NCBI GenBank assembly: GCA_040756875.1
Contig: JBFLYH010000001.1
Coordinates: 704,001 to 768,000, forward strand
DNA length: 64,000 bases
Source of the DNA: a candidate division FCPU426 bacterium
GTDB lineage: Bacteria; Oederibacteriota; JAAXVQ01; JAUVAV01
Direction: 5' to 3'
A model generated the notes under the pieces. The model made no database searches, was not told where the DNA came from, and saw nothing but the letters and a program-made list of their open reading frames with translations. Shown here one piece after another: positions 30,460 through 39,776 of this stretch. Within the stretch, counting starts at the first letter, position 1. Each line of letters starts with the position of its first letter. A program made the position numbers and the translations under genes.

Positions 30460-30485
30460 ATGCGCAAGCCAGCGAAAGGGGGCCA

Positions 30486-32702
30486 ATGTTCATGAGACGC
30501 GCGGTATCTGCGGCCGTGTTTATCCTCGGCTTCCTCTCCTGCGTTCTTCCCCCGGCGCGAGCCGTGTGGGATATTGAAACCGTAGACTCGGCGGGGGACA
30601 CGGGCTGGTACTGTTCCCTGACCATGGATGCCTCCGACCGCCCGCATATTGCCTACTATTACCGCACGAGCGCTGATTTGAAATACGCGTACTGGAACGG
30701 GAGCGGTTGGGAAATCTCGGTCGTTGACGGAGCTGCGGTTTCCTGCGGCCAATATAGCTCTCTCGCGCTGGGCGCGTCTGGGTATCCCCGCATCGCCTAC
30801 CGCAATTCCAGCGGCTATATTGCCTGCGCCCTGTGGAACGGGACTTCCTGGGACCTTCAAACCAGCGGCGACACGACCCCGGTGGGGTTCGGAACCTCCA
30901 TTGCCGTGGGCTCGGACAATTCGGTCCACATCAGCTACGCGAATACGAGCTACAACAGCCACCGTTATTCCTATTACAACGGAACTTCCTGGTCCTGGGC
31001 CGAAATCCTGCCCAACGGCTATTTTATGGAGACTTCGCTGGCTTTGGACAGCGGCAATTATCCCTGGATCGCCGCTTATTCCGCCTCGGCCGACAACGTG
31101 CAGGTGCGTTATTGGAACGGAGCCGCCTGGCTGTCCAACAATCCGCCCGACACTTCCGAGGACGACGGATACTGGCCTGCACTTAAAATCGACTCGGCCG
31201 GCGTCAAGCACGTCAGTTATTGCTACTATTGGCGTTATTATGATGATGACCCTAATAATTTCAGCCTGTATACCGGGGATTTGAGATACCGCACATACAA
31301 CGGCGCGACCTGGAGCACGCCGCAAGTCGTGGACACGGCTTCCAACACGTACTCCTGCACGGGCTGGTTTACCTCCCTGGCCGTCGACACGGGCAACTAC
31401 GCGCACATCAGCTACCATGACCACGAGCACTGGGTTTTAAAATACGCGACCAATGCCACGGGCTCCTGGGTGGCGCAAACCATCGATCCCATGACCGCAC
31501 AGTACTTCAACACCTCCATTGCCCTCGATTCCGCGAACCATCCCAGCATCTGCTATTATGACCAGGTCAACAAGGACCTCAAATATGCCCGCTGGGTGAA
31601 CGGGCCCTATACGATCAGCGGAACCATTGTTGACGGCATCGGCACTCCCATCGCGGGCATCTATGTGACCCTGACCGGCAATGGCATTGAATCAAACTAC
31701 ATTACGGGCAGCGACGGCGTCTACCGGTTCGCCGGGATGCCGGCCAACGGTTCCAACACCTACACCATTACCCCCATGCTGGCAGGATATATCTTCAGCC
31801 CGGGCAACCGGACCTATACCAATCTGAGCGCCGATCAGCCGAACCAGGACTATATGATCTCTGCCGCATCCGGATATTTTATCCGCGGCTATTTGGTCGA
31901 CAACCAGGGATACGTCCTGCAGGATGCCCTTGTGACCTTGTCCGGCAGTTCGGCCGGCACGCGCAACACCGGCACCACCGGCTATTACGAATTCACCAAT
32001 CTTCCGGCCGGCGGCACATATACACTCACGCCTTCCAAATTTGGATATGAATTCGTCCCGGTTTCGCTCACTTATGCCAGCATCAACCAAAACTACGACA
32101 ACCAAAACTATGTCGGAACCTCCCAATTGTCGCCCACCCCCACTCCGGTGCCGACTTATGCGCTCTGGGGATACCTGCGCGACTCCAATGGGCGGGGGAT
32201 ACCAGACGCCACGGTCAATTTGGCCGGCACGCAAACCTCCCAATACACCACGGATGGGAACGGTTATTACGGGTTCAATGTCATTGCCGGCGATTATACG
32301 CTGGCGCCTGCCTATCCTAACTGGGTTTTCGATCCAACCCAAAAGACCTATACCGGCTTGGCCGCGGATCAAAGCCAGCAAAACTTCGTGGGATACCATC
32401 AAAATGCCGCTCCGGCCGCCAACGACGTCAGCATCAGCACCAGCCTGTTCAAACCCAATGAAGTCGCCTATACCACCATCCGTTTTGACACGTCGCGCGA
32501 CGGCCGGGTATGCATCCGGCTTTACAGCATCGACGGCGTGCTGGTGCGGACGTTGCTGGATGAAGACCAGCCGGCCGGCCTCCACAGCGTCACCTGGAAC
32601 GGCAACAACCAGCACGGCGCCCGGGTGGCCAGCGGCATTTATTTCGTGGACGTGAAAACGCCAAACTACAGAAAGATGAAAAAGATATGCGTCGTCAAAT
32701 AG
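30486..32702 (+). CDS. Secreted protein: 7-bladed beta-propeller, three carboxypeptidase-regulatory-like domains, C-terminal FlgD-Ig (T9SS CTD-like) domain
   Basis: Seven W...VD..G...SLA.D....HI.Y....LKYA-type repeats, three Y.I.G...D..G..I....V.L.G repeats, tail LYSIDGVLVRTL...GLHSVTWNG.N..G..VASGIYF. Start is ATG 30456 or 30486. Confidence 0.85.
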   Translation: MFMRRAVSAAVFILGFLSCVLPPARAVWDIETVDSAGDTGWYCSLTMDASDRPHIAYYYRTSADLKYAYWNGSGWEISVVDGAAVSCGQYSSLALGASGYPRIAYRNSSGYIACALWNGTSWDLQTSGDTTPVGFGTSIAVGSDNSVHISYANTSYNSHRYSYYNGTSWSWAEILPNGYFMETSLALDSGNYPWIAAYSASADNVQVRYWNGAAWLSNNPPDTSEDDGYWPALKIDSAGVKHVSYCYYWRYYDDDPNNFSLYTGDLRYRTYNGATWSTPQVVDTASNTYSCTGWFTSLAVDTGNYAHISYHDHEHWVLKYATNATGSWVAQTIDPMTAQYFNTSIALDSANHPSICYYDQVNKDLKYARWVNGPYTISGTIVDGIGTPIAGIYVTLTGNGIESNYITGSDGVYRFAGMPANGSNTYTITPMLAGYIFSPGNRTYTNLSADQPNQDYMISAASGYFIRGYLVDNQGYVLQDALVTLSGSSAGTRNTGTTGYYEFTNLPAGGTYTLTPSKFGYEFVPVSLTYASINQNYDNQNYVGTSQLSPTPTPVPTYALWGYLRDSNGRGIPDATVNLAGTQTSQYTTDGNGYYGFNVIAGDYTLAPAYPNWVFDPTQKTYTGLAADQSQQNFVGYHQNAAPAANDVSISTSLFKPNEVAYTTIRFDTSRDGRVCIRLYSIDGVLVRTLLDEDQPAGLHSVTWNGNNQHGARVASGIYFVDVKTPNYRKMKKICVVK

Positions 32703-33583
32703 GATTGATCGTCTGCCTGGTGCTGTTGACGCCGGCCGCCGGCTTCGCCGGCCTGACCAGCGGCGCACGCATCATGGAATATCCGGCCAATGCCCGGGCT
32801 TTCGGCCTGGCTGAAGCGTTCTCAGCCCTGGCCGACGACGCTGCGGCCATCCATTACAACCCGGCCGGGCTGTATGCCGTCCCGAGCTACCAGGTGAACA
32901 CCGCTTTCCAGAAAGGTTTATACGACACGTTCTATTCGCACCTGGGATTTGCCATGCCCTTGAACAATCAAGCCGGGCTGGGTGTGGCCGTGTCCTACCT
33001 GAACGGCGGAACCATGGACCTGACTTTCATCGACGGGACCGAGAGACAGGTGACGGCCCAGCAGGATTTTCTCTGGGCCCTGGCCTGCGGGTTGCAGGTA
33101 TCCGGAGAGAACACGGTCGGGTTGTCCGTAAAAATCCTCCAATCCACCCTGGCCGAGGAATACCGGGCGCTTGGGTTTGCCTGCGACGGCGGTCTGAAGT
33201 ACAAAGTCATGGATGATCTGACTTTTGCCCTGGTGATAAAGAATTTGGGGCCCAATCTGACCTATGATCAAGGCAGCGATCCATTGCCAACCTCGGTGAC
33301 CGCCGGATGCGGTTACCGCTACGTCCTGGCGCCCGAGCACCGCTTTCAGGCCGCTCTCGATCTGAAAAAACCCCTGGATTTGTCGTACCAGCTGCACGCG
33401 GGCGTGGAATACGAATTCGACCGTATGTTCTTTCTCCGCGCAGGTTATAAATACGGCCACGATTTGGACGGTTTCACCTTTGGCGCGGGCATGGAATGGG
33501 CTTTTTTCAGGCTTGATTACGCAGCCGGCCTGATGAGCGAACTGGGCATGAATCATTATATTTCGGTTCTGTTTACTTTTTGA
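32687..33583 (+). CDS. PorV/PorQ-family outer-membrane barrel
   Basis: ARAFGLAEAFSALADDAAAIHYNPAGL, GVEY, LRAGY, GFTFGAG, LDYA, terminal F. Confidence 0.85.
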   Translation: MRRQIGLIVCLVLLTPAAGFAGLTSGARIMEYPANARAFGLAEAFSALADDAAAIHYNPAGLYAVPSYQVNTAFQKGLYDTFYSHLGFAMPLNNQAGLGVAVSYLNGGTMDLTFIDGTERQVTAQQDFLWALACGLQVSGENTVGLSVKILQSTLAEEYRALGFACDGGLKYKVMDDLTFALVIKNLGPNLTYDQGSDPLPTSVTAGCGYRYVLAPEHRFQAALDLKKPLDLSYQLHAGVEYEFDRMFFLRAGYKYGHDLDGFTFGAGMEWAFFRLDYAAGLMSELGMNHYISVLFTF

Positions 33584-33625
33584 ATGCCAGCCGCCAACGC
33601 TGTTTGCTGCGATAGCCCCGGCCGG

Positions 33626-34705
33626 ATGATTCTGGCCGCGTTTGGGATAGCGTCATTTTTGTTCGCGGGCTGCGGAGGGCAGGGGGAAGCCTGGAAGGTT
33701 CAAACCCTGGACCGCGAGGGCAATATCAACGGGCACACCTTGGCCCTGGCCCTGGATGCCAAAGACCGTCCGCATATCGCTTATTGCGACTGGAACACGT
33801 ACCGGCTGCAATACCTGCAATGGGATGGGAACGCCTGGCAGCGCGAGGAAGTCACACATTCAGGCAACGCGGGCACCTATGTTTCCCTGGCGTTGGACCC
33901 GGCCGGAAGACCGCGGGTGGCATATTTCGAATGGCAGCAAAAGGCCCTGTATTTCGGCAGCCGCGGGGAAGAAGGCTGGCAGCTTCAACGGGTGGATCAA
34001 TCGGCGTATGTCGGTCCGTACGTGGACCTGGCCCTGGATGCCGAAGGCCAGCCGCACTGCAGTTATTTCGACTGGACGAATTACGACCTGAAGTACGCCC
34101 GGCGGGACCGGCGGGGCTGGCAGATGGAAACCGTGGACCACGACGATCATGTGGGCATGTTTTCATCCTTGGTCCTGGATGAGGCGGGGCAGCCGATCAT
34201 CAGTTATCTGGATTGGACGCACCAAGCCCTGAAACTGGCTGTGAAAACCGCCGGGGAATGGCACGTTTCCTTCGTCGATCAGGAAGGGAAGGTGGGCATG
34301 TTCAGCTCCCTGGCGCGCGGCCGGGACGGCACCTTGAGCGTGGCCTATCAGGACATGGGCCGCCTGGATCTGAAATTCGCCCAGCAGCGGCCGGACGGCA
34401 GCTGGGCGACCGAAACGGTCGCCTCGCAGGGGGATGTGGGTCGGTATGCGTCGCTGGCCCTGGATTCGAAAGGGCAGCCCCATATTTCATATTTCGATTT
34501 CACGAAGAAGCAATTCAAATACTGCCGCCGCGAGGGGCAGCGCTGGGTGTTCGAACTGATCGACATGGACGGGGACGTGGGCGCTTATTCGGCCCTGGCT
34601 TTGGACTCCCGGGACGTTCCGCATGTCGTGTATTGCGAATACCAGCAGCATGACCTTAAATATGCTACACTTAATAGGAAGCCTGCAAACAAAGGTGGTG
34701 AGTAA
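33626..34705 (+). CDS. Lipoprotein, 7-bladed beta-propeller of the same repeat family as 30486-32702
   Basis: Lipobox FAGC; seven repeats W..E.VD..G.VG.Y.SLALD..G.PHI.Y.D....LKY. Confidence 0.85.
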   Translation: MILAAFGIASFLFAGCGGQGEAWKVQTLDREGNINGHTLALALDAKDRPHIAYCDWNTYRLQYLQWDGNAWQREEVTHSGNAGTYVSLALDPAGRPRVAYFEWQQKALYFGSRGEEGWQLQRVDQSAYVGPYVDLALDAEGQPHCSYFDWTNYDLKYARRDRRGWQMETVDHDDHVGMFSSLVLDEAGQPIISYLDWTHQALKLAVKTAGEWHVSFVDQEGKVGMFSSLARGRDGTLSVAYQDMGRLDLKFAQQRPDGSWATETVASQGDVGRYASLALDSKGQPHISYFDFTKKQFKYCRREGQRWVFELIDMDGDVGAYSALALDSRDVPHVVYCEYQQHDLKYATLNRKPANKGGE

Positions 34706-34706
34706 T

Positions 34707-35678
34707 ATGCGTTCGTTTCGAATGGTTCTTCTGGCTTTGCTTCCGCTGCTTTTAGCCGGACGCCTGGCGTTCGGCCATGCCTGCGATGATCCCTGGCGCC
34801 CTGACCCGACCAATGTCGGAGGCCCCACGGGCGGCGGCGGTGGCGTCGTGATCGCTCCGCCGCCTCCTCCGCCTGCCCCCGGCGAATTGCCGCCCTCGGT
34901 TCCGGGAAGCCCCAGCGATCCCACGAACCCCACGGCACCGCTGGATATCTCCCAATCGGGACTGGTCAACCAGTTGCCGGTCGACGCCGCAGCTTCGGCC
35001 GGCGGCGGCGAGGTCAGCCCCGACAGCATCGTGCTCATTCCTGAAACCAGCCAGCTGAAAATCGTCGGCAAGCAGGGCGAATTCAGGACCTACATCGTCA
35101 ACCGCTCCCCCCGCGATCTGTTTGCGGTCAAACTCGAAGCCATCAGCTCGGCGTTCGACATCGAAGTCGCTCCGGACATGCTCAAACGCCTGGTTTCAGG
35201 GGAGAAGGATTATTTCACGGTCAAATTGAAGCTCAAGGGACAGTTGAAATCCGGCAAGTTTCCCATGGATTTCAAAGTTTCGACCCGCGGCACCCTGATT
35301 TACGAGGGCAGCCTGGGCGGAGGCTCGGAGGAGAAAGAAGCCAAGAAAGACAATCTTGGCATCCGTCTGGCCGACGAACCGGTCAAAGTACCCGCCAAAG
35401 GCAGTTTCGTCGTCTATGTCAAGAACAACATCTACAATGAAGTCAACAGCGTTAAAGTCCAGGGCATGAGCAAATATTTCGAAATCAGCGCCGTTCCGGC
35501 CAGCGTCGCCAGGCTGGCGCCCGGCCGCGAAGCCAAATTCGAAGTCACCCTGGTCCGCAAAAAGGGCGTTAAAGCCGGAAATTACGACATCCGCCTGCAC
35601 GCCGTGACCAGCAGCCGCAATGTGAATATCTCGAAAATTATCACCGTGCAGTCGACTGAACAGGAGGCCAAGCGCTGA
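34707..35678 (+). CDS. Exported protein with a Gly/Pro-rich linker and two Ig-like domains
   Basis: Signal peptide, GGGGG/PPPPPP tract, two similar beta-rich repeats (Y..N......V.......F.I...P.....L..G....F.V.L). Confidence 0.75.
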   Translation: MRSFRMVLLALLPLLLAGRLAFGHACDDPWRPDPTNVGGPTGGGGGVVIAPPPPPPAPGELPPSVPGSPSDPTNPTAPLDISQSGLVNQLPVDAAASAGGGEVSPDSIVLIPETSQLKIVGKQGEFRTYIVNRSPRDLFAVKLEAISSAFDIEVAPDMLKRLVSGEKDYFTVKLKLKGQLKSGKFPMDFKVSTRGTLIYEGSLGGGSEEKEAKKDNLGIRLADEPVKVPAKGSFVVYVKNNIYNEVNSVKVQGMSKYFEISAVPASVARLAPGREAKFEVTLVRKKGVKAGNYDIRLHAVTSSRNVNISKIITVQSTEQEAKR

Positions 35679-35923
35679 ACCGGTTTTGGCGGGCGGCGGC
35701 CGGGTGGTGCCTGGCACTGACAGCGTGGGCCGGGCAGGTCCGGGCTGAAGGCGACGGGATGATCACCATCGAAGTGGTGGAGAACCCCGGGTTTTTCGAA
35801 CAGTACGGAGATTGGCTGTACCTGGGCCTGATCGCGGCCGTGCTGACCGTCTTTTTCTGGCGCCGCCAGCATCAAGTCAGAGCCAAACAGTCCTCGGTCA
35901 ACCAAGGAATCCCCAAACCATGA
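35675..35923 (+). CDS. Small membrane-anchored protein (82 aa), probable CTG start; not in the ORF track
   Basis: AGGAGG (35662-35667) lies 7 nt before CTG, which overlaps the upstream TGA. The frame gives a signal peptide (NRFWRAAAGWCLALTAWAGQVRA), a TM helix and a WRR tail. Its stop overlaps ATG 35920. Confidence 0.7.
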   Translation: MNRFWRAAAGWCLALTAWAGQVRAEGDGMITIEVVENPGFFEQYGDWLYLGLIAAVLTVFFWRRQHQVRAKQSSVNQGIPKP

Positions 35924-36915
35924 GACGCCCCATTACCTTCATCAGGCGGAGCGTGCAAATCCTCTCCTTCGCCTTCCTCTTTTACGGCGCCACGCTGCTG
36001 GGCCTGGAGCCCAAACAGATCAAGTGGTACGCCCTCGAGGAAAACCAGACCCAGGCCCAGGAAATGCTGTACGCCAATCCCACCTGGACCCAGCCCTTTC
36101 AAACCTTCCTGCCCACGCGCAGCTGCCGCTTCGCGGGCACGACCGGCACCTTCCGCGGTTGCCTGATGTTTTTCCTCTCCGACCTCCTGACCTGGCGGCC
36201 GCCCTTGAAAGTGTTCCTGCCCAGCCTGGCGCTGGTGGTGGTGCTGGCCGTGGTTTTCGCGCGTTTTTGGTGCGGCTGGCTGTGTCCGCTGGGGTTTATG
36301 TCGGAGTTGCTGTACGAACTGCGCAAGCTGCTCGGCTGGGCTCGCCTCCGTTTTCCGCCCTGGCTGCGCAATGCCCTGAAAGGCGTGGGCTACGGCCTGA
36401 CGTTCGTGGTGCTTTCTTCCGCCTGGGTCATTTCCTGGTCGGCGGTCGCCTGGTCCATCAAAAAACCGCTGTACCTGGCCGTCTGCCAGATGTGCCCCTC
36501 CAAGCTCATCACCCCGCTTCTCACCGGTTTTCCGGTCATGATCAATTTGCAATTTCCCGGCGCGTCCACCGCCTTGCTGGTCACGCTTTTCGTTCTGCTG
36601 GTCAGCTTTACGCTGCTGTATTTTTCCGGCTTCATCCTCAAACGGGCCTGGTGCAAAATCTGCCCGTTGGGCGTATTGCTGTCGGGCTTCAACCAGGGCG
36701 CGTTTATCTCCAAGATGAAAGACGTGCGCCGCTGCACCCAGTGCGGGATCTGCGCCAACGCCTGCCCCATGGAAAGCACGCTGCTGTTCGAGGAGAAGCG
36801 CAATCCTTACGTCAATCACAGCCAGTGCATCCATTGCTACCGCTGCGTGGATCTGTGCCCGGAAACCAAATGCCTGACCGTCAAACTGATGGGGATCCCC
36901 CTATTCAAATCCTGA
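35920..36915 (+). CDS. Membrane 4Fe-4S binding protein (NapH/MauN/YccM-like polyferredoxin)
   Basis: RFWCGWLCPLG, VCQMCP, RAWCKICPLG, two CxxCxxCxxxCP motifs, TM helices. Confidence 0.9.
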   Translation: MRRPITFIRRSVQILSFAFLFYGATLLGLEPKQIKWYALEENQTQAQEMLYANPTWTQPFQTFLPTRSCRFAGTTGTFRGCLMFFLSDLLTWRPPLKVFLPSLALVVVLAVVFARFWCGWLCPLGFMSELLYELRKLLGWARLRFPPWLRNALKGVGYGLTFVVLSSAWVISWSAVAWSIKKPLYLAVCQMCPSKLITPLLTGFPVMINLQFPGASTALLVTLFVLLVSFTLLYFSGFILKRAWCKICPLGVLLSGFNQGAFISKMKDVRRCTQCGICANACPMESTLLFEEKRNPYVNHSQCIHCYRCVDLCPETKCLTVKLMGIPLFKS

Positions 36916-36924
36916 GGAGCCGTC

Positions 36925-38187
36925 ATGCAAACCGATTTCAACCAGCGCTACCGGCGCGAGCCGCTTAAACGTCCCGGGGACAAAAGCCTGGATAAAGTCC
37001 GGGCCGCCACCGCGGGCTTGACGGAACGGCTGCGCCAGGCGCCGGACCGCCTCGCCGGGCTGTCTTATTACGAGGACCTCATGGACGGCCACAAGCGCCT
37101 CCAGGAGCTCAAGATCCTGAAAAAGAAAGTCGTCGGGACGTTCTGCTATTTCGTCCCCGAGGAGATCATTCAAGCCGTGGGCGCGGTCCCGCTCAGGCTG
37201 TGCAGCGGTCATTCGGAAACCATCACCACCGCCGAGGAGCTCATGCCGCGCGACATCTGCCCCCTGGCCAAATCTTCCCTGGGATTTTTCGTGGCGGACG
37301 GCGGCTGGGCCAAGGCGTGCGACGTAGCGGTCTTGCCGACCTCCTGCGACGCCAAAACCAAGCTCGGCGAATATTTGAGCGATTACCTTCCCGTCTGGAT
37401 GCTGAATCTGCCCAAGATCAAGGACTATCAGGTTTATAAAAAGCAGTGGCTGGAGGAAATCAAGCGGCTGACGGGCAAGCTGGAAGCCCTGACCGGCGTC
37501 AAATTGACCGCCCACAACCTCAAATCCGCCGTCCGCCTGCACCAGCGCCGTTCCGAGGCCTACCGCAAGCTATACGAGATCAGGCTCAAGCATCCCGGCA
37601 TCATCGCCCACCAGGACCTGCTGATGCTGGTGCAATCGAGCTTCTATGATGACATTGAACGCTGGACGGCACGGACTGAAGCCCTGGTCCGTGACATGCA
37701 GGTGCAAACCAACCGCAAATCATTTCCGGCCAAAGGCAAGAAGCTGCTGGTCACTGGCGGGCCAATGATTTGGCCCAATTACAAGATCCTGAACATCGTG
37801 AGCGAACTGGGCAGTACCGTGGTGGCGGACGATATGTGCGTGGGTCATCAGTGGCTGTGGGACTATCCGGAACCCGACGAGTGGACCCTGGAGGGCATGC
37901 TCGAGGCCGTGGCCACCCGCCGCTTCTTTCCGACCGTTTGCCCGTGCTTTACAAACAGCTACGACCGCATCGATAAAATCCTGACCCTGGCCAAGGAAAC
38001 CGGCGCCGAAGGCGTGATCTACCACGATTTGCGCCTCTGCCAGTTGTTCGACATGGAAAAAGATTTGGTGAACAAAGTGCTCAAAGAGAATAAAATACCG
38101 GTCTTGACGCTGCATTCCGATTACGGGCAGGAAGACGTGGAACAATTGCGCACCCGCATCGAGGCCTTTTTGGAGATGATACTATGA
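36925..38187 (+). CDS. 2-hydroxyacyl-CoA dehydratase-family protein, double-cubane-cluster (DCCP) type
   Basis: Eight motif Cys: FCYFVPEE, RLCSG, RDICPL.K, TSCD.K.K, DDMCVG, VCPCFT and RLCQ; C-terminal DY..ED.EQLRTRIEAFLEM. Confidence 0.85.
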   Translation: MQTDFNQRYRREPLKRPGDKSLDKVRAATAGLTERLRQAPDRLAGLSYYEDLMDGHKRLQELKILKKKVVGTFCYFVPEEIIQAVGAVPLRLCSGHSETITTAEELMPRDICPLAKSSLGFFVADGGWAKACDVAVLPTSCDAKTKLGEYLSDYLPVWMLNLPKIKDYQVYKKQWLEEIKRLTGKLEALTGVKLTAHNLKSAVRLHQRRSEAYRKLYEIRLKHPGIIAHQDLLMLVQSSFYDDIERWTARTEALVRDMQVQTNRKSFPAKGKKLLVTGGPMIWPNYKILNIVSELGSTVVADDMCVGHQWLWDYPEPDEWTLEGMLEAVATRRFFPTVCPCFTNSYDRIDKILTLAKETGAEGVIYHDLRLCQLFDMEKDLVNKVLKENKIPVLTLHSDYGQEDVEQLRTRIEAFLEMIL

Positions 38188-38972
38188 TCACCGTCGGCGT
38201 GGACATCGGTTCCGTAGGCACCAAATGCCTGGTGTTGGACGAGAATAAAATCCTTTCCACGGCGGTTCTGCCCACGGGCGCGCGCCCCAAGATCACGGCC
38301 CAGATGGCCGTCGCCCAGGCGCTGGCCGAAGCCAAACTCAAACCCACCGACGTCAGCCACACGGTTTCCACCGGCTACGGGCGCCGCGTGGTGGAGTTCG
38401 GGGAAAAAACCATCACCGAAATTTCCGCCGCCGCGCAGGGGATCACCCATCTCGGCAGCCCCCGCGGGAAGATCCGGACCATTATCGACCTGGGCGGCCA
38501 GGACATCAAGGTCATCTCCCTGGACGACGACGGACAGACCAAGGATTTTTCCATGAACGATAAATGCGCCGCCGGCACCGGCCGTTTTCTGGAAGTCATC
38601 GCCCGCGCCCTGGAAGTCAACCTCGAGCAACTCGGCCCGCTGGCCCTGAAATCCAAGAAAAACATCGCCATCAACGCCACCTGCACGGTGTTCGCCGAGA
38701 GCGAAGTGATCTCGCTGTTGGCGCACGAGGTCCAGAAAGAGGACATCATCGCCGGCATCGTCGACTCCATCGCCGAACGGATCGTGGCCATGGCGAAAAA
38801 AATGGGAATCCAGCCCCTGATCGCCTTTACCGGCGGCGGCGCGAAGAACGAAGGGCTGGTGCAATCGCTGCAGAAAAAGCTGGACACCGAACTTTTCATT
38901 CCCGAAATACCCCTGTTCATCAATGCGCTGGGATCGGCCGTAGTGGCCAAACGCCTTAAAAGCATGCGCTAA
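38184..38972 (+). CDS. ATP-dependent activase/archerase (BadF/BadG/BcrA/BcrD, HgdC-like), copy 1
   Basis: GVDIGS..TK, STGYGR, DLGGQD.K, MNDKCAAGTGRFLE, CTVFAESE, TGGGAKN. Confidence 0.93.
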   Translation: MITVGVDIGSVGTKCLVLDENKILSTAVLPTGARPKITAQMAVAQALAEAKLKPTDVSHTVSTGYGRRVVEFGEKTITEISAAAQGITHLGSPRGKIRTIIDLGGQDIKVISLDDDGQTKDFSMNDKCAAGTGRFLEVIARALEVNLEQLGPLALKSKKNIAINATCTVFAESEVISLLAHEVQKEDIIAGIVDSIAERIVAMAKKMGIQPLIAFTGGGAKNEGLVQSLQKKLDTELFIPEIPLFINALGSAVVAKRLKSMR

Positions 38973-38991
38973 ACCGCCCGGAGTGCGAGAC

Positions 38992-39768
38992 ATGCTCACC
39001 GCGGGGATTGACATCGGCTCGGTCGCGACCAAAGCCGTCATCGTCAGGGACAGCTACATCCTCGCCTCTGAAGTCCAGCCTTCCGGCAGCAAACCCAAAG
39101 CCACGGCCGACCGGGTGCTGGACCAGGCCCTGGCCGTCGCGCGACTCGCCCGCAACCAGCTGCAGCACATTGTCTCCACGGGATACGGCCGCCGCAGCAT
39201 CGAGTTCGGGGAAAAATCCATCACTGAAATCTCAGCCTGCGCCCTGGGCGTCCAGTTCCTGAAATCGCCCCAGGGCCAGGTGCGCACGGCCGTGGACCTG
39301 GGCGGGCAGGACATCAAAGTCATCCGGCTGGACAGCCAGGGCGAGGTGGAGGATTTCATCATGAACGACAAGTGCGCCGCGGGCACGGGCCGGTTCCTGG
39401 AAGTGATCGCGCGGGCGCTGAACCTGCGGCTGGAGGAGCTGGGCACCTACGCGCAGCATTCCACCCGGGAGGTCGGCATCAACGCCACCTGCACGGTTTT
39501 CGCGGAGAGCGAGGTCATATCGCTGCTGGCGCAGGATGTGAAACGAGAGGATATCGTCGCCGGCGTACACCAGATGATCGCCGAGCGCATTTCAGCCATG
39601 GCCAAGAAAATCGGCCTGCATCCGGTGGTCGCGTTTACCGGCGGCGGCGCCAAGAACAAGGGCTTTTCCCAAACCCTGGAAAAAGAGCTGGGAACGGCCT
39701 TGCACATTCCTAAAATACCCCAATTCGTCAACGCCCTGGGCGCCGCGATCGCGGCCGCTCGCCTCTAA
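38992..39768 (+). CDS. ATP-dependent activase/archerase (HgdC-like), copy 2
   Basis: Same full motif set as copy 1; both cluster-binding Cys are retained. Confidence 0.93.
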   Translation: MLTAGIDIGSVATKAVIVRDSYILASEVQPSGSKPKATADRVLDQALAVARLARNQLQHIVSTGYGRRSIEFGEKSITEISACALGVQFLKSPQGQVRTAVDLGGQDIKVIRLDSQGEVEDFIMNDKCAAGTGRFLEVIARALNLRLEELGTYAQHSTREVGINATCTVFAESEVISLLAQDVKREDIVAGVHQMIAERISAMAKKIGLHPVVAFTGGGAKNKGFSQTLEKELGTALHIPKIPQFVNALGAAIAAARL

Positions 39769-39776
39769 TTGCGCGT

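Noticed and set aside
35676-35760. Selenocysteine readthrough of the TGA ending 34707-35678
   Set aside because: The readthrough frame meets further TGAs and looks non-coding; a different frame with a CTG start explains the region better.
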